Notes under the pieces: model-generated
What the model was told of the DNA's origin: nothing
Database searches by the model: none
What the model saw: the letters and a program-made list of their open reading frames with translations, nothing else
From: Macrostomum hystrix
Lineage: Eukaryota > Animalia > Platyhelminthes
Length of the DNA stretch: 64,000 bases
Reading direction: 5' to 3'
Assembly (NCBI GenBank): GCA_950097015.1
Contig: CATNEN010000037.1
Location: forward strand, 3,038,001-3,102,000
Position numbers and translations under genes: made by a program
In this document: positions 1 through 12,800 of the stretch, in pieces
Position numbering within the stretch: the stretch's first letter is position 1
Layout: every line of letters begins with the position of its first letter

Positions 1-1113
1 AGTTCTATGCCTTCCCATCCCTCAGTTCCCTGCCTTCCCATCCCTCAGTTCCCTGCCTTCTCACCCCTCAGTTCCCTGCCTTCCAACCCCTCAGTTCCCT
101 GCCTTCCAACCCCTCAGTTCCCTGCCTTCCAACCCCTCAGTTCCCTGCCTTCCAACCCCTCAGTTCTATGCCTTCCAACCCCTCAGTTCCCTGCCTTCCA
201 ACCCCTCAGTTCCCTGCCTTCCAACCCCTCAGTTCTATGCCTTCCAACCCCTCAGTTCCATGCCTTCCCATCCCTCAGTTCCCTGCCTTCCCATCCCTCA
301 GTTCCCTGCCTTCCCATCCCTCAGTTCCCTGCCTTCCCATCCTTCAGTTCCCTGCCTTCCCATCCCTCAGTTCCCTGCCTTCTCATCCCTCAGTTCCCTG
401 CCTTCCCATCCCTCAGTTCCCTGCCTTCTCACCCCTCAGTTCCCTGCCTTCCAACCCCTCAGTTCCCTGCCTTCCAACCCCTCAGTTCCCTGCCTTCCAA
501 CCCCTCAGTTCCCTGCCTTCCCATCCCTCAGTTCCCTGCCTTCCCATCCCTCAGTTCCCTGCCTTCTCATCCCTCAGTTCCCTGCCTTCCCATCCCTCAG
601 TTCTATGCCTTCCCATCCCTCAGTTCCCTGCCTTCCCATCCCTCAGTTCCCTGCCTTCTCACCCCTCAGTTCCCTGCCTTCCAACCCCTCAGTTCCCTGC
701 CTTCCAACCCCTCAGTTCCCTGTCTTCCAACCCCTCAGTTCCCTGCCTTCCAACCCCTCAGTTCTATGCCTTCCAACCCCTCAGTTCCCTGCCTTCCAAC
801 CCCTCAGTTCCCTGCCTTCCAACCCCTCAGTTCTATGCCTTCCAACCCCTCAGTTCCATGCCTTCCCATCCCTCAGTTCCCTGCCTTCCCATCCCTCAGT
901 TCCCTGCCTTCCCATCCCTCAGTTCCCTGCCTTCCCATCCTTCAGTTCCCTGCCTTCCCATCCCTCAGTTCCCTGCCTTCTCATCCCTCAGTTCCCTGCC
1001 TTCCCATCCCTCAGTTCTATGCCTTCCCATCCCTCAGTTCCCTGCCTTCCCATCCCTCAGTTCCCTGCCTTCCCATCCCTCAGTTCCCTGCCTTCTCATC
1101 CCTCAGTTCCCTG
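1..1113. repeat. Minisatellite, 23-bp unit (tgccttcccatccctcagttccc), running off the window start
   Basis: Direct tandem periodicity; all three + frames give the same 23-aa repeat. Confidence 0.97.
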
Positions 1114-1740
1114 CGTGAGAAAAGTGCAGAAAATATGTTTAGGTTTGATATAGTATTCAGATAAATTAGATAATTTTTTATATTTTACTGTTGCACTGTT
1201 TTCACTTTGCTTGTTGTCCAGATTAACGCCACATTCTCTAACATAACATGAATGTGTTTACAGATGAACTTTTAGTTTAAAATCACGGTTGCCATGCAAG
1301 CCTATCCTTGCTTCTCATTAATATATTATACTACCTAAATTAGATACAAAAATACTACACACCTTGAAGTTAAACTCGTTCAATATATATCTCCATGAGA
1401 TTCTATTAACTTTTCAACCATATGACATCTTCAAACAACAATAGAATAGAATTTCACAATACTTTCTGGCGGAATCTAGAACCTGTTTTCAGTTTTTATC
1501 TCGGATTAAGTTTGGTTGTCGTTGTTCTAATCACTGCCTAGTTCTTTGTGTGTTTATTTTATTTGCTAATATATGGGCTTCGATTTTTTCTTATTTCGTG
1601 TCTCCCATAGCTTTATTTTGCGTATCTGCACTGAAATAACCTCGCTTACTGTGCTGCACCTCAGAAAATTAGCTCGTTTAGCTGTTTCCTGTATGTTTTT
1701 GTTTCACCGAACACTGCAGGGGAGAAATTTAGTATTGAAA

Positions 1741-3820
1741 GTAGAGATTATAGAGACAGAGGTACAGAATATAGAGACAGAGGTGCAGATTATAGAGACA
1801 GAGATACAGATTATAGAGACAGAGGTACAGAATATAGAGACAGAGGTACAGAATATAGAGACAGAGGTGCAGATTATAGAGACAGAAATACAGAATATAG
1901 AGACAAATACAGATTATAGAGACAGAGGTACAGATTATAGAGACAGAGGTACAGATTATAGAGACAGAGGTACAGATTATAGAGACAGAGGTACAGAATA
2001 TAGAGACAGAGGTACAGAATATAGAGACAGAGGTGCAGATTATAGAGACAGAAATACAGAATATAGAGACAAAAACAGATTATAGAGACAAATACAGATT
2101 ATAGAGACAAATACAGATTATAGAGACAGAGTTACAGATTATAGAGACAGAGGTACAGATTATAGAGACAAATACAGATTATAGAGACAGAGTTACAGAT
2201 TATAGAGACAGAGGTGCAGATTATAGAGACAGTAATACAGATTATAGAGACAGAAATACAGATTATAGAGACAGAGGTACAGAATATAGAGACAGAGGTG
2301 CAGATTATAGAGACAGAAATACAGAATATAGAGACAAATACAGATTATAGAGACAAATACAGATTATAGAGACAGAGTTACAGATTATAGAGACAGAGGT
2401 ACAGATTATAGAGACAGAGGTACAGATTATAGAGACAGAAATACAGATTATAGAGACAGAGTTACAGAATATAGAGAGAGAAATACAGATTATAGAGACA
2501 GAGGTACAGAATATAGAGACAGAGGTGCAGATTATAGAGACAGTAATACAGATTATAGAGACAGAGGTACAGAATATAGAGACAGAAATACAGATTATAG
2601 AGACAGAGTTACAGAATATAGAGAGAGAAATACAGATTATAGAGACAGAGGTACAGAATATAGAGACAGAGGTGCAGATTATAGAGACAGAAATACAGAA
2701 TATAGAGACAGAAATACAGATTATAGAGACAGAGTTACAGATTATAGAGAGAGAGGTACAGATTATAGAGACAGAGTTACAGAATATAGAGACAGAAATA
2801 CAGATTATAGAGACAGAGGTACAGAATATAGAGACAGAGGTGCAGATTATAAACACAGTAATACAGATTATAGAGACAGAAATACAGATTATAGAGACAG
2901 AGGTACAGAATATAGAGACAGAGATGCAGATTATAGAGACAAATACAGATTATAGAGACAAATACAGATTATAGAGACAGAGTTACAGATTATAGAGACA
3001 GAGTTACAGATTATAGAGACAGAGGTGCAGATTATAGAGACAGAGTTACAGATTATAGAGACAGAGGTACAGATTATAGAGACAGAGGTGCAGATTATAG
3101 AGACAGAGTTACAGATTATAGAGACAGAGGTACAGATTATAGAGACAGAGTTACAGAATATAGAGACAGAGGTGCAGATTATAGAGACAGAAATACAGAT
3201 TATAGAGACAGAGGTACAGAATATAGAGACAGAGGTGCAGATTATAGAGACAGAAATACAGAATATAGAGACAAATACAGATTATAGAGACAAATACAGA
3301 TTATAGAGACAGAGTTACAGATTATAGAGACAGAGGTACAGATTATAGAGACAGAGTTACAGAATATAGAGAGAGAAATACAGATTATAGAGACAGAGGT
3401 ACAGATTATAGAGACAGAGGTACAGATTATTGAGACAGAAATACATATTATAGAGACAGAGGTGCAGCTTATAGAGACAGAAATACAGATTATAGAGACA
3501 GAGGTGCAGATTATAGAGACAGAGGTGCAGCTTATAGAGACAGAGGTGCAGATTATAGAGACAGAAATACAGATTATAGAGACAGAAATACAGATTATAG
3601 AGACAGAAATACAGATTATAGAGACAGAAATACAGATTATAGAGACAGAAATACAGATTATAGAGACAGGGGTGCAGATTATAGAGACAGAGGTACAGAT
3701 TATTGAGACAGAAATACAGATTATAGAGACAGAAATACAGATTATAGAGACAGAGGTACAGATTATTGAGACAGAAATACATATTATAGAGACAGAGGTG
3801 CAGATTATAGAGACAGGGAT
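1741..3820. repeat. Minisatellite, 21-bp unit (gattatagagacagaggtaca) with 19-bp variants
   Basis: Direct tandem periodicity; source of the IIETEVQ-repeat ORFs. Confidence 0.97.
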
Positions 3821-4209
3821 TATGAAACTCAGAGAGGGAAGTTAAATAAGACAGAGGAAAACAGAGAGGGGAATGAATAGAGAGTTAGAAAATGATAAAG
3901 AATGAGATGGAGACTAGGGGATGGGTAGGGAGAAGATGTTTTAATCCATTCATAAGTGTACCAGTTCCTATTTGTTTCTGTAACCTTTTAAACCGCCAAT
4001 CGCTACGCTAAGGAAGATTATCAGTGAATGTATTATAGTGAAAAAGCGAATGAACTAATCTGAATACATCTCACCTTTGTCTATGGTCCAAAAGGTATTT
4101 TTTTAATTCAGCAGTTTTTTGCCTCAGCGCGCACTACGAAATCGGAGTTGCATTTCAGCTCAATTTTATTCATATAAGATTTTGCTTGGCTTTGGATTGA
4201 AATAAGATC

Positions 4210-7200
4210 ATGAGTGAAACTGTTGCTGAAGCCGATGTGTGCAGTACTCAGTGCCAGGGTGACTCCGATCTTCTGAATAACGATGGTGAGTAAATCCTAT
4301 TTTTATCGAAATCAGATGCTTGTTATTATCATTTCCGCCGATATGTATAGAAATTTTCTAAAATTCTTTCTTCAGCCGAACAGCTGGTTGCCCAAGAATC
4401 TGGCATCTCCCAGGTCGAGTTAGTTACGACTGATAAAACTGATCGTCGCGATGAAACACACAATAAAAAACCTGCCAAAGACAGCAAAGACAGCCCAGAT
4501 GAGTCGACTGAGCCGCAGCCAAGTCTGTCAATCAAATCGGGCAAGCAGCTTCAAAAGCCGGCCAGCTATTGTCGCTTAGAGGAGAGCGTCTGGCTGGAGG
4601 CCTTCAAAAGTCGCCTAGCCATTCCCTATGAGGATTACGCGCAGCACAGCCAGCTGGGTCGCATCAACTGGTCCGAATGGGCCCTAGTCGAACGAGAGGA
4701 CACAATTCGCCGAGGTGAGACCCTTCGCTTAGTGCATTGCTCGGCTTTGGCGGCCAATTAACTGGCAAATTTGTTGCACAGATTGGTCGTTGATTGACGT
4801 TTTTTTAATTTAAGAGTTCAATTAAGACTTAAGACTTAATTTAAGACTTAAGAGTTCAATTGAGCAGCCCTTCGAGCGGTCAATTGCGCAGCCCCTTTAA
4901 GCGGTCAATTGATCAGCCGCTTTGAGCGTTCAGTTGATGAGCCCCTTTGAGCGGTCAATTGCTCAGCCCCTTTAAGCGGTCAATTGATCAGCCCCTTTGA
5001 GCGGTCAGTTGAGCAGCCCTTTGAGCGGTCAATTGATCAGCCCCTTTGAGCGGTCAGTTAAGCAGCCCTTTGAGCGGTCAATTGATCAGCCCCTTTGAGC
5101 GGTCAGTTGAGCAGCCCTTTGGGCGGTCAGTTAGCAGTCCTTTGAGCGGTCAATTGATCAGCCCCTTTGAGCGGTCAGTTGAGCAGTCCTTTGAGCGGTC
5201 AATTGATCAGCCCCTTTGAGCGGTCAGTTGAGCAGTCCTTTGGGCGGTCAGTTGAGCAGCCCTTTGGGCGGTCAGTTGAGCAGCCCTTTGGGCGGTCAGT
5301 TGAGCAGTCCTTTGAGCGGTCAGTTGAGCAGTCCTTTGAGCAGTCCTTTGAGCGGTCCGTTTAACCGTCGTTCAAAAGCAATCAATGCGATTGAGAGCCC
5401 CAGTGCTCAAGCATTTCTATTCATTTCCTATTCCGCAGGCCATCACGCGGCTTGCCCGCTCATGCGCAATCGCAAAACTGGCGCCCTCTACCGCTGCAAG
5501 ATAGTGACCTGCAGCCGGGTCCACTTCAACCTAACAGCTCTCGGCTTCAAGGCCAACGAATTCGAGCGACAAATTCGTGACTGTCTGAACGAGCGGCGCC
5601 TCCTGTTCGCGTTCGACAATCCGTTTGTGCGCGCTGGTCTGGGATTTTTCACCGACGCCTACTGCAACTTCGGCGTCTTCCTTGAAGAATTTCCCTACGG
5701 CACACTGCTGGATTATTATGACAGAAATGAAAATAATAGAATTATTAGCAGCTTCAAGGTGAGCCTTAATTAACTTTCTTACATCTGATCTTCGTCATTG
5801 CAAATTAAGTTCTGGCTGCATTCACGTGAGGGGTCTTATCAAGGTCGCTGAGCTCGATTCCGCGGCGAGGCCACATTCAATTGGCCTCAATTGTACTTGT
5901 CGTGCAATTTACACACTCAAGGGCAAACCTCCTCATCGTCATCATCGTCTCATCGTCAGAAAGTCTCATCGTCAGGTACTTACACAGCTTACTACCTGTG
6001 TGAGCGTATGCCTGCGTACAGTATCTGTGTGCTTGTGCGCTCAGGAGTCAGCGAAATGGGCAGAATTGCCTCCTCGCTGGCTTCAGGTCTAGTGTCACCA
6101 AATGATGTGCCATTGCCAGCAGCCCTCCTGCAATTATTATTATTATCCGCATTCACTCCGCAGGAGGACGCTATTAGAGGCATAGCCGCACAGACAGTGC
6201 TAGCTCTGGAGTATCTCCACTGTATTGGCTGCGTTCATCGCGATGTTCAATCCGCCAATTTGCTTGTTGACGCCCGGGGCTACGTTAAACTCACCGACTT
6301 TGCCATCACGGCGCTGTGTGGCCAGCCGGGTCGCGGCGACGCTGAGCAGCTGCTCACCGATGTCACGTGCTTTCGTTATTACGCCGCGCCGGAGTACTTT
6401 AACGGAAAGGGTGCGTCTGTGTCTTGATTGTGTCTTTGAGTGTGTCTTTGAGTGTGTCTTTGAGTGTGTCTTTGAAATTGTCTTTGAGTGTGTCTTTGAG
6501 TGTGTCTTTGAGTGTGTCTTTGAATGTGTCTTTGAATGTGTCTTTGAGTGTGTCTTTGAGTGTGTCTTTGAGTGTGTCTTTGAATGTGTCTTTGAATGTG
6601 TCTTTGAGTGTGTCTTTGAGTGTGTCTTTGAATGTCTTTGCATGTGTCTTTGAATGTCTTTGAATGTGTCTTTGAATGTGTCTTTGAATGTCTTTGAATG
6701 TGTCTTTGAATGTGTCTTTGAATGTGTCTTTGAATGTGTCTTTGAGTGTGTCTTTGAGTGTGTCTTTGAATGTGTCTTTGAATGTCTTTGAGTGTGCCTT
6801 CGAGTGGAACCCAAAACTTTAAATGTGCTGATCTCAGGGCCTGCCAACTAAAGTACTTGTGTTAAAAACATGTTTCACAGGCTACGGCAGCCCCGTCGAC
6901 TTCTATGCTCTCGGCCTGGTGCTGTATGAACTGCTGACTCAGGAGTGCTTCTGCGAGCAGGAGGATGTCTTCGACTCTGATGGCCACGTTGATTGGGGCC
7001 TAGTGCCAGAGGAGGTGGCCATCGTTGAGCACAGGAGAAAGCTGACTCAACAGCTGCTGGGTAAGAATACATGGAGATAAGGTTTATGTAGGTTGTTTGT
7101 TTCATTTCATTTTAGATTTTGGGTCCGTTTTAGAATTTTTCGATTCAGTTTAAGTTTTGTTTCATTTTAGGTTTACTTACTAGATTCAGTTTAAGTTTCT

Positions 7201-7792
7201 TTGACATGTTTTGTTTAATTTAGACTCCGTTTAGGTTTCTAGGTTCGCTTCGGGTTTATTTAGATTCAGTTTATGTTTTTTGGTTGCTTTCAGGATTCCG
7301 ATTCGGATTCGGATTAAATTTTTTGGTTTGGTTTAGGCTTTTAGGTTCAAGTTAAGACTAATTATAGCTTGATAATGTTTGACATTATCTATCTGGGTTG
7401 CCAGTTTACTAATGATCCGCCTTCATGCCGCAGACGCCCAGGCCCTCGGCGGGCAGGCCCGTTCAACTTCCGCGGCCGTGTCGGCAGCTGCGTCAGCCCC
7501 GCCGCCAGCCAAGCGTCCGACACCGTCGCCAGAGGCTCGCGCCTTCGTTGAAGACTGCCTGCTAGCCGAGCCGGCCTGCCGACCCGATCGTAGAACAGCC
7601 CGATTCTATCCTTGGTTCGATCGCATTGATTTCGATCGGCTTTACAATAAAACCCTGGAGCTGCCATGGCGCCCGCCGTCTGGCAGAGCTGTCTCCTATC
7701 AGCCTGATGTTGACGAAGAGTATCCCATAGCCTCTGTGCTGGAACGGAAGCCGGTGCCGCAGGAGTTCCAGCAATTCAAGCACCTGTTCTGA
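4210..7792 (+). CDS. Divergent PKA catalytic-subunit-like (AGC) kinase, about 506 aa, probable pseudokinase
   Basis: Exons 4210-4285, 4376-4714, 5439-5758, 6164-6410, 6881-7060, 7434-7792, all GT-AG and phase-compatible. Motifs HRDVQSANLL, VKLTDFA, YYAAPE, VDFYALGLVLYELL, WFDRIDFDRLYNK..PWRP and terminal FQQF match the PKA layout. The last acceptor was chosen by phase. Confidence 0.8.
4861..5360. repeat. Intronic minisatellite, 24-25-bp unit (gagcggtcagttgagcagcccttt)
   Basis: Tandem periodicity inside kinase intron 2. Confidence 0.93.
5826..6148 (+). mobile_element. tRNA-derived SINE family A, 5'-truncated copy
   Basis: B-box-like gagctcgattcc, body shared with five other copies, (att)n tail, flanking direct repeat gcattcac (5818-5825 and 6149-6156). 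Confidence 0.85.
6420..6800. repeat. Intronic minisatellite, 12-bp unit (gtgtctttgagt)
   Basis: Starts about 10 nt after the donor at 6411. Confidence 0.95.
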
Positions 7793-8049
7793 CAGATACA
7801 AATAGTTTGCTTATTATTAGGCTATTCATTTTACACTCAGCTTAATGCTCTTCTGTTAAATAGTAAATGCTAGTCGTAGTGTTATTAATTTAATCTACTA
7901 ATAAAAGTACATGTCTCGTATTTTCCATCACCTCCCATTCACGCTTCCTAAATAAAATAGATAGATTCTGTTTATTTTCTAGGCTTTGTTATTTACAGCT
8001 GCAGCAAACGTCTTTGTTGTTTTTTTTTGACCCTCTGTGCCACCTCCAT

Positions 8050-9424
8050 TCTGGCTACTTGGCTAAATACAGTCTGGCTAATAGGCTACTTACAGTCTGG
8101 CTAATAGGCTACATACAGTCTGGCTATTAGGCTACATACAGTCTGGCTATTAGGCTACTTACAGTCTGGCTAATAGGCTACATACAGTCTGGCTATTAGG
8201 CTACATACAGTCTGGCTATTAGGCTACTTACAGTCTGGCTATTAGGCTACATACAGTCTGGCTATTAGGCTACTTACAGTCTGGCTATTAGGCTACATAC
8301 AGTCTGGCTATTAGGCTACTTACAGTCTGGCTATTAGGCTACATACAGTCTGGCTATTAGGCTACATACAGTCTGGCTATTAGGCTACTTACAGTCTGGC
8401 TATTAGGCTACATACAGTCTGGCTATTAGGCTACTTACAGTCTGGCTATTAGGCTACATACAGTCTGGCTATTAGGCTACATACAGTCTGGCTATTAGGC
8501 TACATACAGTCTGGCTATTAGGCTACATACAGTCTGGCTATTAGACTACATACAGTCTGGCTATTAGGCTACATACAGTCTGGCTATTAGGCTACATACA
8601 TTCTGGCTATTAGGCTACATACAGTCTGGCTATTAGGCTACATACAGTCTGGCTATTAGGCTACATACAGTCTGGCTATTAGGCTACTTACAGTCTGGCT
8701 AATAGGCTACATACAGTCTGGCTATTAGGCTACATACAGTCTGGCTATTAGGCTACATACAGTCTGGCTATTAGGCTACATACAGTCTGGCTATTAGGCT
8801 ACATACAGTCTGGCTATTAGGCTACATACAGTCTGGCTATTAGGCTACATGCAGTCTGGCTATTAGGCTACATACAGTCTGGCTAATAGGCTACATACAG
8901 TCTGGCTATTAGGCTACATACAGTCTGGCTATTAGGCTACATACAGTCTGGCTATTAGGCTACATACATTCTGGCTATTAGACTACATACAGTCTGGCTA
9001 TTAGGCTACATACAGTCTGGCTATTAGGCTACATACATTCTGGCTATTAGACTACATACAGTCTGGCTATTAGGCTACATACAGTCTGGCTATTAGGCTA
9101 AATACAGTCTGGCTATTAGGCTAAATACAGTCTGGCTATTAGGCTACATACATTCTGGCTATTCGGCTAAATACAGTCTGGCTATTAGGCTACATACATT
9201 CTGGCTATTAGGCTAAATACAGTCTGGCTATTAGGCTAAATACAGTCTGGCTATTAGGCTACATACATTCTGGCTATTCGGCTAAATACAGTCTGGCTAT
9301 TAGGCTACATACATTCTGGCTATTAGGCTACATACAGTCTGGCTATTAGGCTAAATACATTCTGGCTATTAGGCTACATACAGTCTGGCTATTAGGCTAC
9401 ATACATTCTGGCTATTAGGCTACA
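8050..9424. repeat. Minisatellite, 23-bp unit (catacagtctggctattaggcta)
   Basis: Direct tandem periodicity. Confidence 0.97.
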
Positions 9425-9831
9425 TGGTATACCTGGTATTGATACCTGGTATTTTAAGACCCTATTATCCTTTGTCGAGTGTGTTTTTTTAAACCTATTA
9501 GAAATTGCCAATAGTAGCTACATTTATCTAGTCATAATAATTTCCTAGAAGTCACACATCGCCTATTATGTTCGTTGCCTAAAATCCTTTGTGTTGTTGC
9601 ATCGTCCTCGCAGACTTCGCTTATCACCACATTGTTTCTTTGAAAAAGAAGACGAATTTGTGTTCTCGTGCACTACATGTACTCATATTAGAAGACAGCT
9701 GGGCTGTTAAACTAATCAACCAAATGTCGTGTTACCTGACTTCGATTCGATAATTTTTAACCGCCGCCAGCGAGTTAGTCTCAAATCCTCTCTTTCTCTC
9801 CGCTCCTCTCCTCCTTCCGCGGCTTCGACAG

Positions 9832-12800
9832 GCCAATTTTCTGACCCCAGTGATCCCAGTCGGCATGGCAACCGTGTCCAGTATGAAAATGTGGAAAAGC
9901 TTTGAGATTGACATACAGACTCAGCGCGCCGCATTGAAATCGCAGCGGGCCGTTGTTGCCAGCGGCGGTCTCGGCGCCGGCAGCGGCCTGCCGCCTAGAA
10001 CTCGCAGCGTTGAAGCTCGGAATCTTCCAGCCGGACCCTCGCCACCTCCGCCACCGCCTCCGCCGCCGCCACCACCACCACCGCCGATTCTGCCGATTGG
10101 CTCGTCTGGCAGTAATTTCTCTGGCAACAATGGACAGTCGCAGGCTGTGATTCCATCTATCGGCGACGCAGCCACCGTCTGTCACGAAAATAACGTGCTG
10201 CTGAATGCGGAGGTCATTACTGACGAGCGCACCCAAGCCCTCATGCTTGCTGTGCTGGTGAGTTCGGCCAATTATATTTTTTCTGTGCAAGAGTTTGGGA
10301 GCGAGAGGTTAATAATAATAATTGCAGGAGGGCTGCGGGCAATGGCACATCATTTGGTGACAGTAGACTCGCAGCCAGCGAAGAGGCAATTCTGCCCGTT
10401 TCGCTGACTCCTGAGCACACACGCACACAGATACTGTACGCTGGCATACGCTCACACAGGTGTGTACATCTGCCCTGACTTTCTCATCGTCAGACAGTGT
10501 ACACTTCACTGTGCCTTGGAGGTTGGCCTTTGAGTGTGTTAATTGTACGACAAGCCCCCCAAGCCTTCTCTCCGCGTCTGCGCCCCAAATGAATGTGGCC
10601 TCGCCGCGGAATGAGTTCAACGACCTTGATGCGCAGTCACGCGTTAGACCGCTCTGCCACTGCCCCCCCTAAGATTACACTTATTTTCGCAATGTTAGTT
10701 TTAGTAGTAATCAATCAAACCTTTTATTCCGTAGGGGATCAAATAATTTTACGCTCTGTTTTCTTTACACACTACTCTTAGCGGCAGTAAAAGAAAAAGT
10801 GGCGGCCCTTAGAAGGGCCGTTTTAATGCTTTATGATTGTCATGACCATTTTATCTCTCTCCAATATCTACTCCAGGTGACACTGGTGCGCAACACAACG
10901 GACGAGAATGAGTCTCGCATCCTGTACGAATACTTAGCCGAAGCAAGCGTCGTTTTCTCTAAAGTGTTTCCAGTCATGTGAGCTGCGTGTATTTCATTTG
11001 CACTTTGGCTTAATCTGTAAATTAGAGCTTAGCTTGGGCAACTAAAAGATTTATGTCATTCCTGTATTATTTAGATACTCGCTAATCGACGCCAAGATTA
11101 ACAACGTGCTGGCAAACTGTCACGATCAGGTGATACTGAACGCGGTGCACAGTATCATACAGAATATGCTGTGCACAGAGGAGCCAAGCCAGCAGCAGCT
11201 CAGCTACCTGCAGAGCATCGGATTCGGCGGCCTCTGGCGCTTCTCCGGCCAGTTTACTAAGGTCCGACTGCATTTTAGCTTGTTAGAGCCATCGAAATCG
11301 CCATTCTTGACCTCTGACCAATGACCACCTTCAGAATCATTTATATTCACTAATGACCACCTTTAGAATCATTTATATCCACCATTGACCACCTTTAGAA
11401 TCATTTATATTCACTAATGACCACCTTTAGAATCATTTATGACCAATGACCACCTTTAGAATCATTTATATCCACCAATGACCACCTTTAGAATCATATA
11501 TTCACCAATGACCACCTTTAGAATCATTTATATCCACCAATGACCACCTTTAGAATCATATATTCACCAATGACCACCTTTAGAATCATTTATATTCACC
11601 AATGACCACCTTTAGAATCATTTATATCCACCAATGACCACCTTTAGAATCATATATTCACCAATGACCACCTTTAGAATCATTTATATCCACCAATGAC
11701 CACCTTTATAATCATTTATATCCAACAATGACCACCTTTAGAATCATTTATATTCACTAATGACCACCTTTAGAATCATTTATGACCAATGACCACCTTT
11801 AGAATCATTTATATCCACCAATGACCACCTTTAGAATCATATATTCACCAATGACCACCTTCAGAATCATTTATATTCACCAACGACCACCTTCAGAATC
11901 ATTTATATTCACCAACGACCACCTTCAGAATCATTTATATTCACTAATGACCACCTTTAGAATCATTTATATTCACTAATGACCACCTTTAGAATCATTT
12001 ATATCCACCATTGACCACCTTTATAATCATTTATATCCACCAATGACCACCTTTAGAATCATTTATATTCACTAATGACCACCTTTAGAATCATTTATGA
12101 CCAATGACCACCTTTAGAATCATTTATATCCACCAATGACCACCTTTAGAATCATATATTCACCAATGACCACCTTTAGAATCATTTATATTCACCAATG
12201 ACCACCTTTAGAATCATTTATATCCACCAATGACCACCTATAGAATCATTTATATCCACCATTGACCACCTTTATAATCATTTATATCCACCAATGACCA
12301 CCTTTAGAATCATTTATATTCACTAATGACCACCTTTAGAATCATTTATGACCAATGACCACCTTTAGAATCATTTATATCCACCAATGACCACCTTTAG
12401 AATCATATATTCACCAATGACCACCTTCAGAATCATTTATATTCACCAACGACCACCTTCAGAATCATTTATATTCACCAACGATCACCTTCAGAATCAT
12501 TTATATTCACTAATGACCACCTTCAGAATCATTTATATTCACTAATGACCATCTTTAGAATTATTTATATTCACTAATGACCACCTTTAGAATCATTTAT
12601 ATTCACTAATGACCACCTTTAGAATCATTTTTGACCAATGACCACCTTTAGAATCATTTATGACCAATGACCACCTTTAGAATCATATATTCACCAAATG
12701 ACCACCTTTAGAATCATATATTCACCAATGACCACCTTTAGAATCATTTATGACCAATGACCACCTTTAGAATCATTTATGACCAATGACCACCTTTAGA

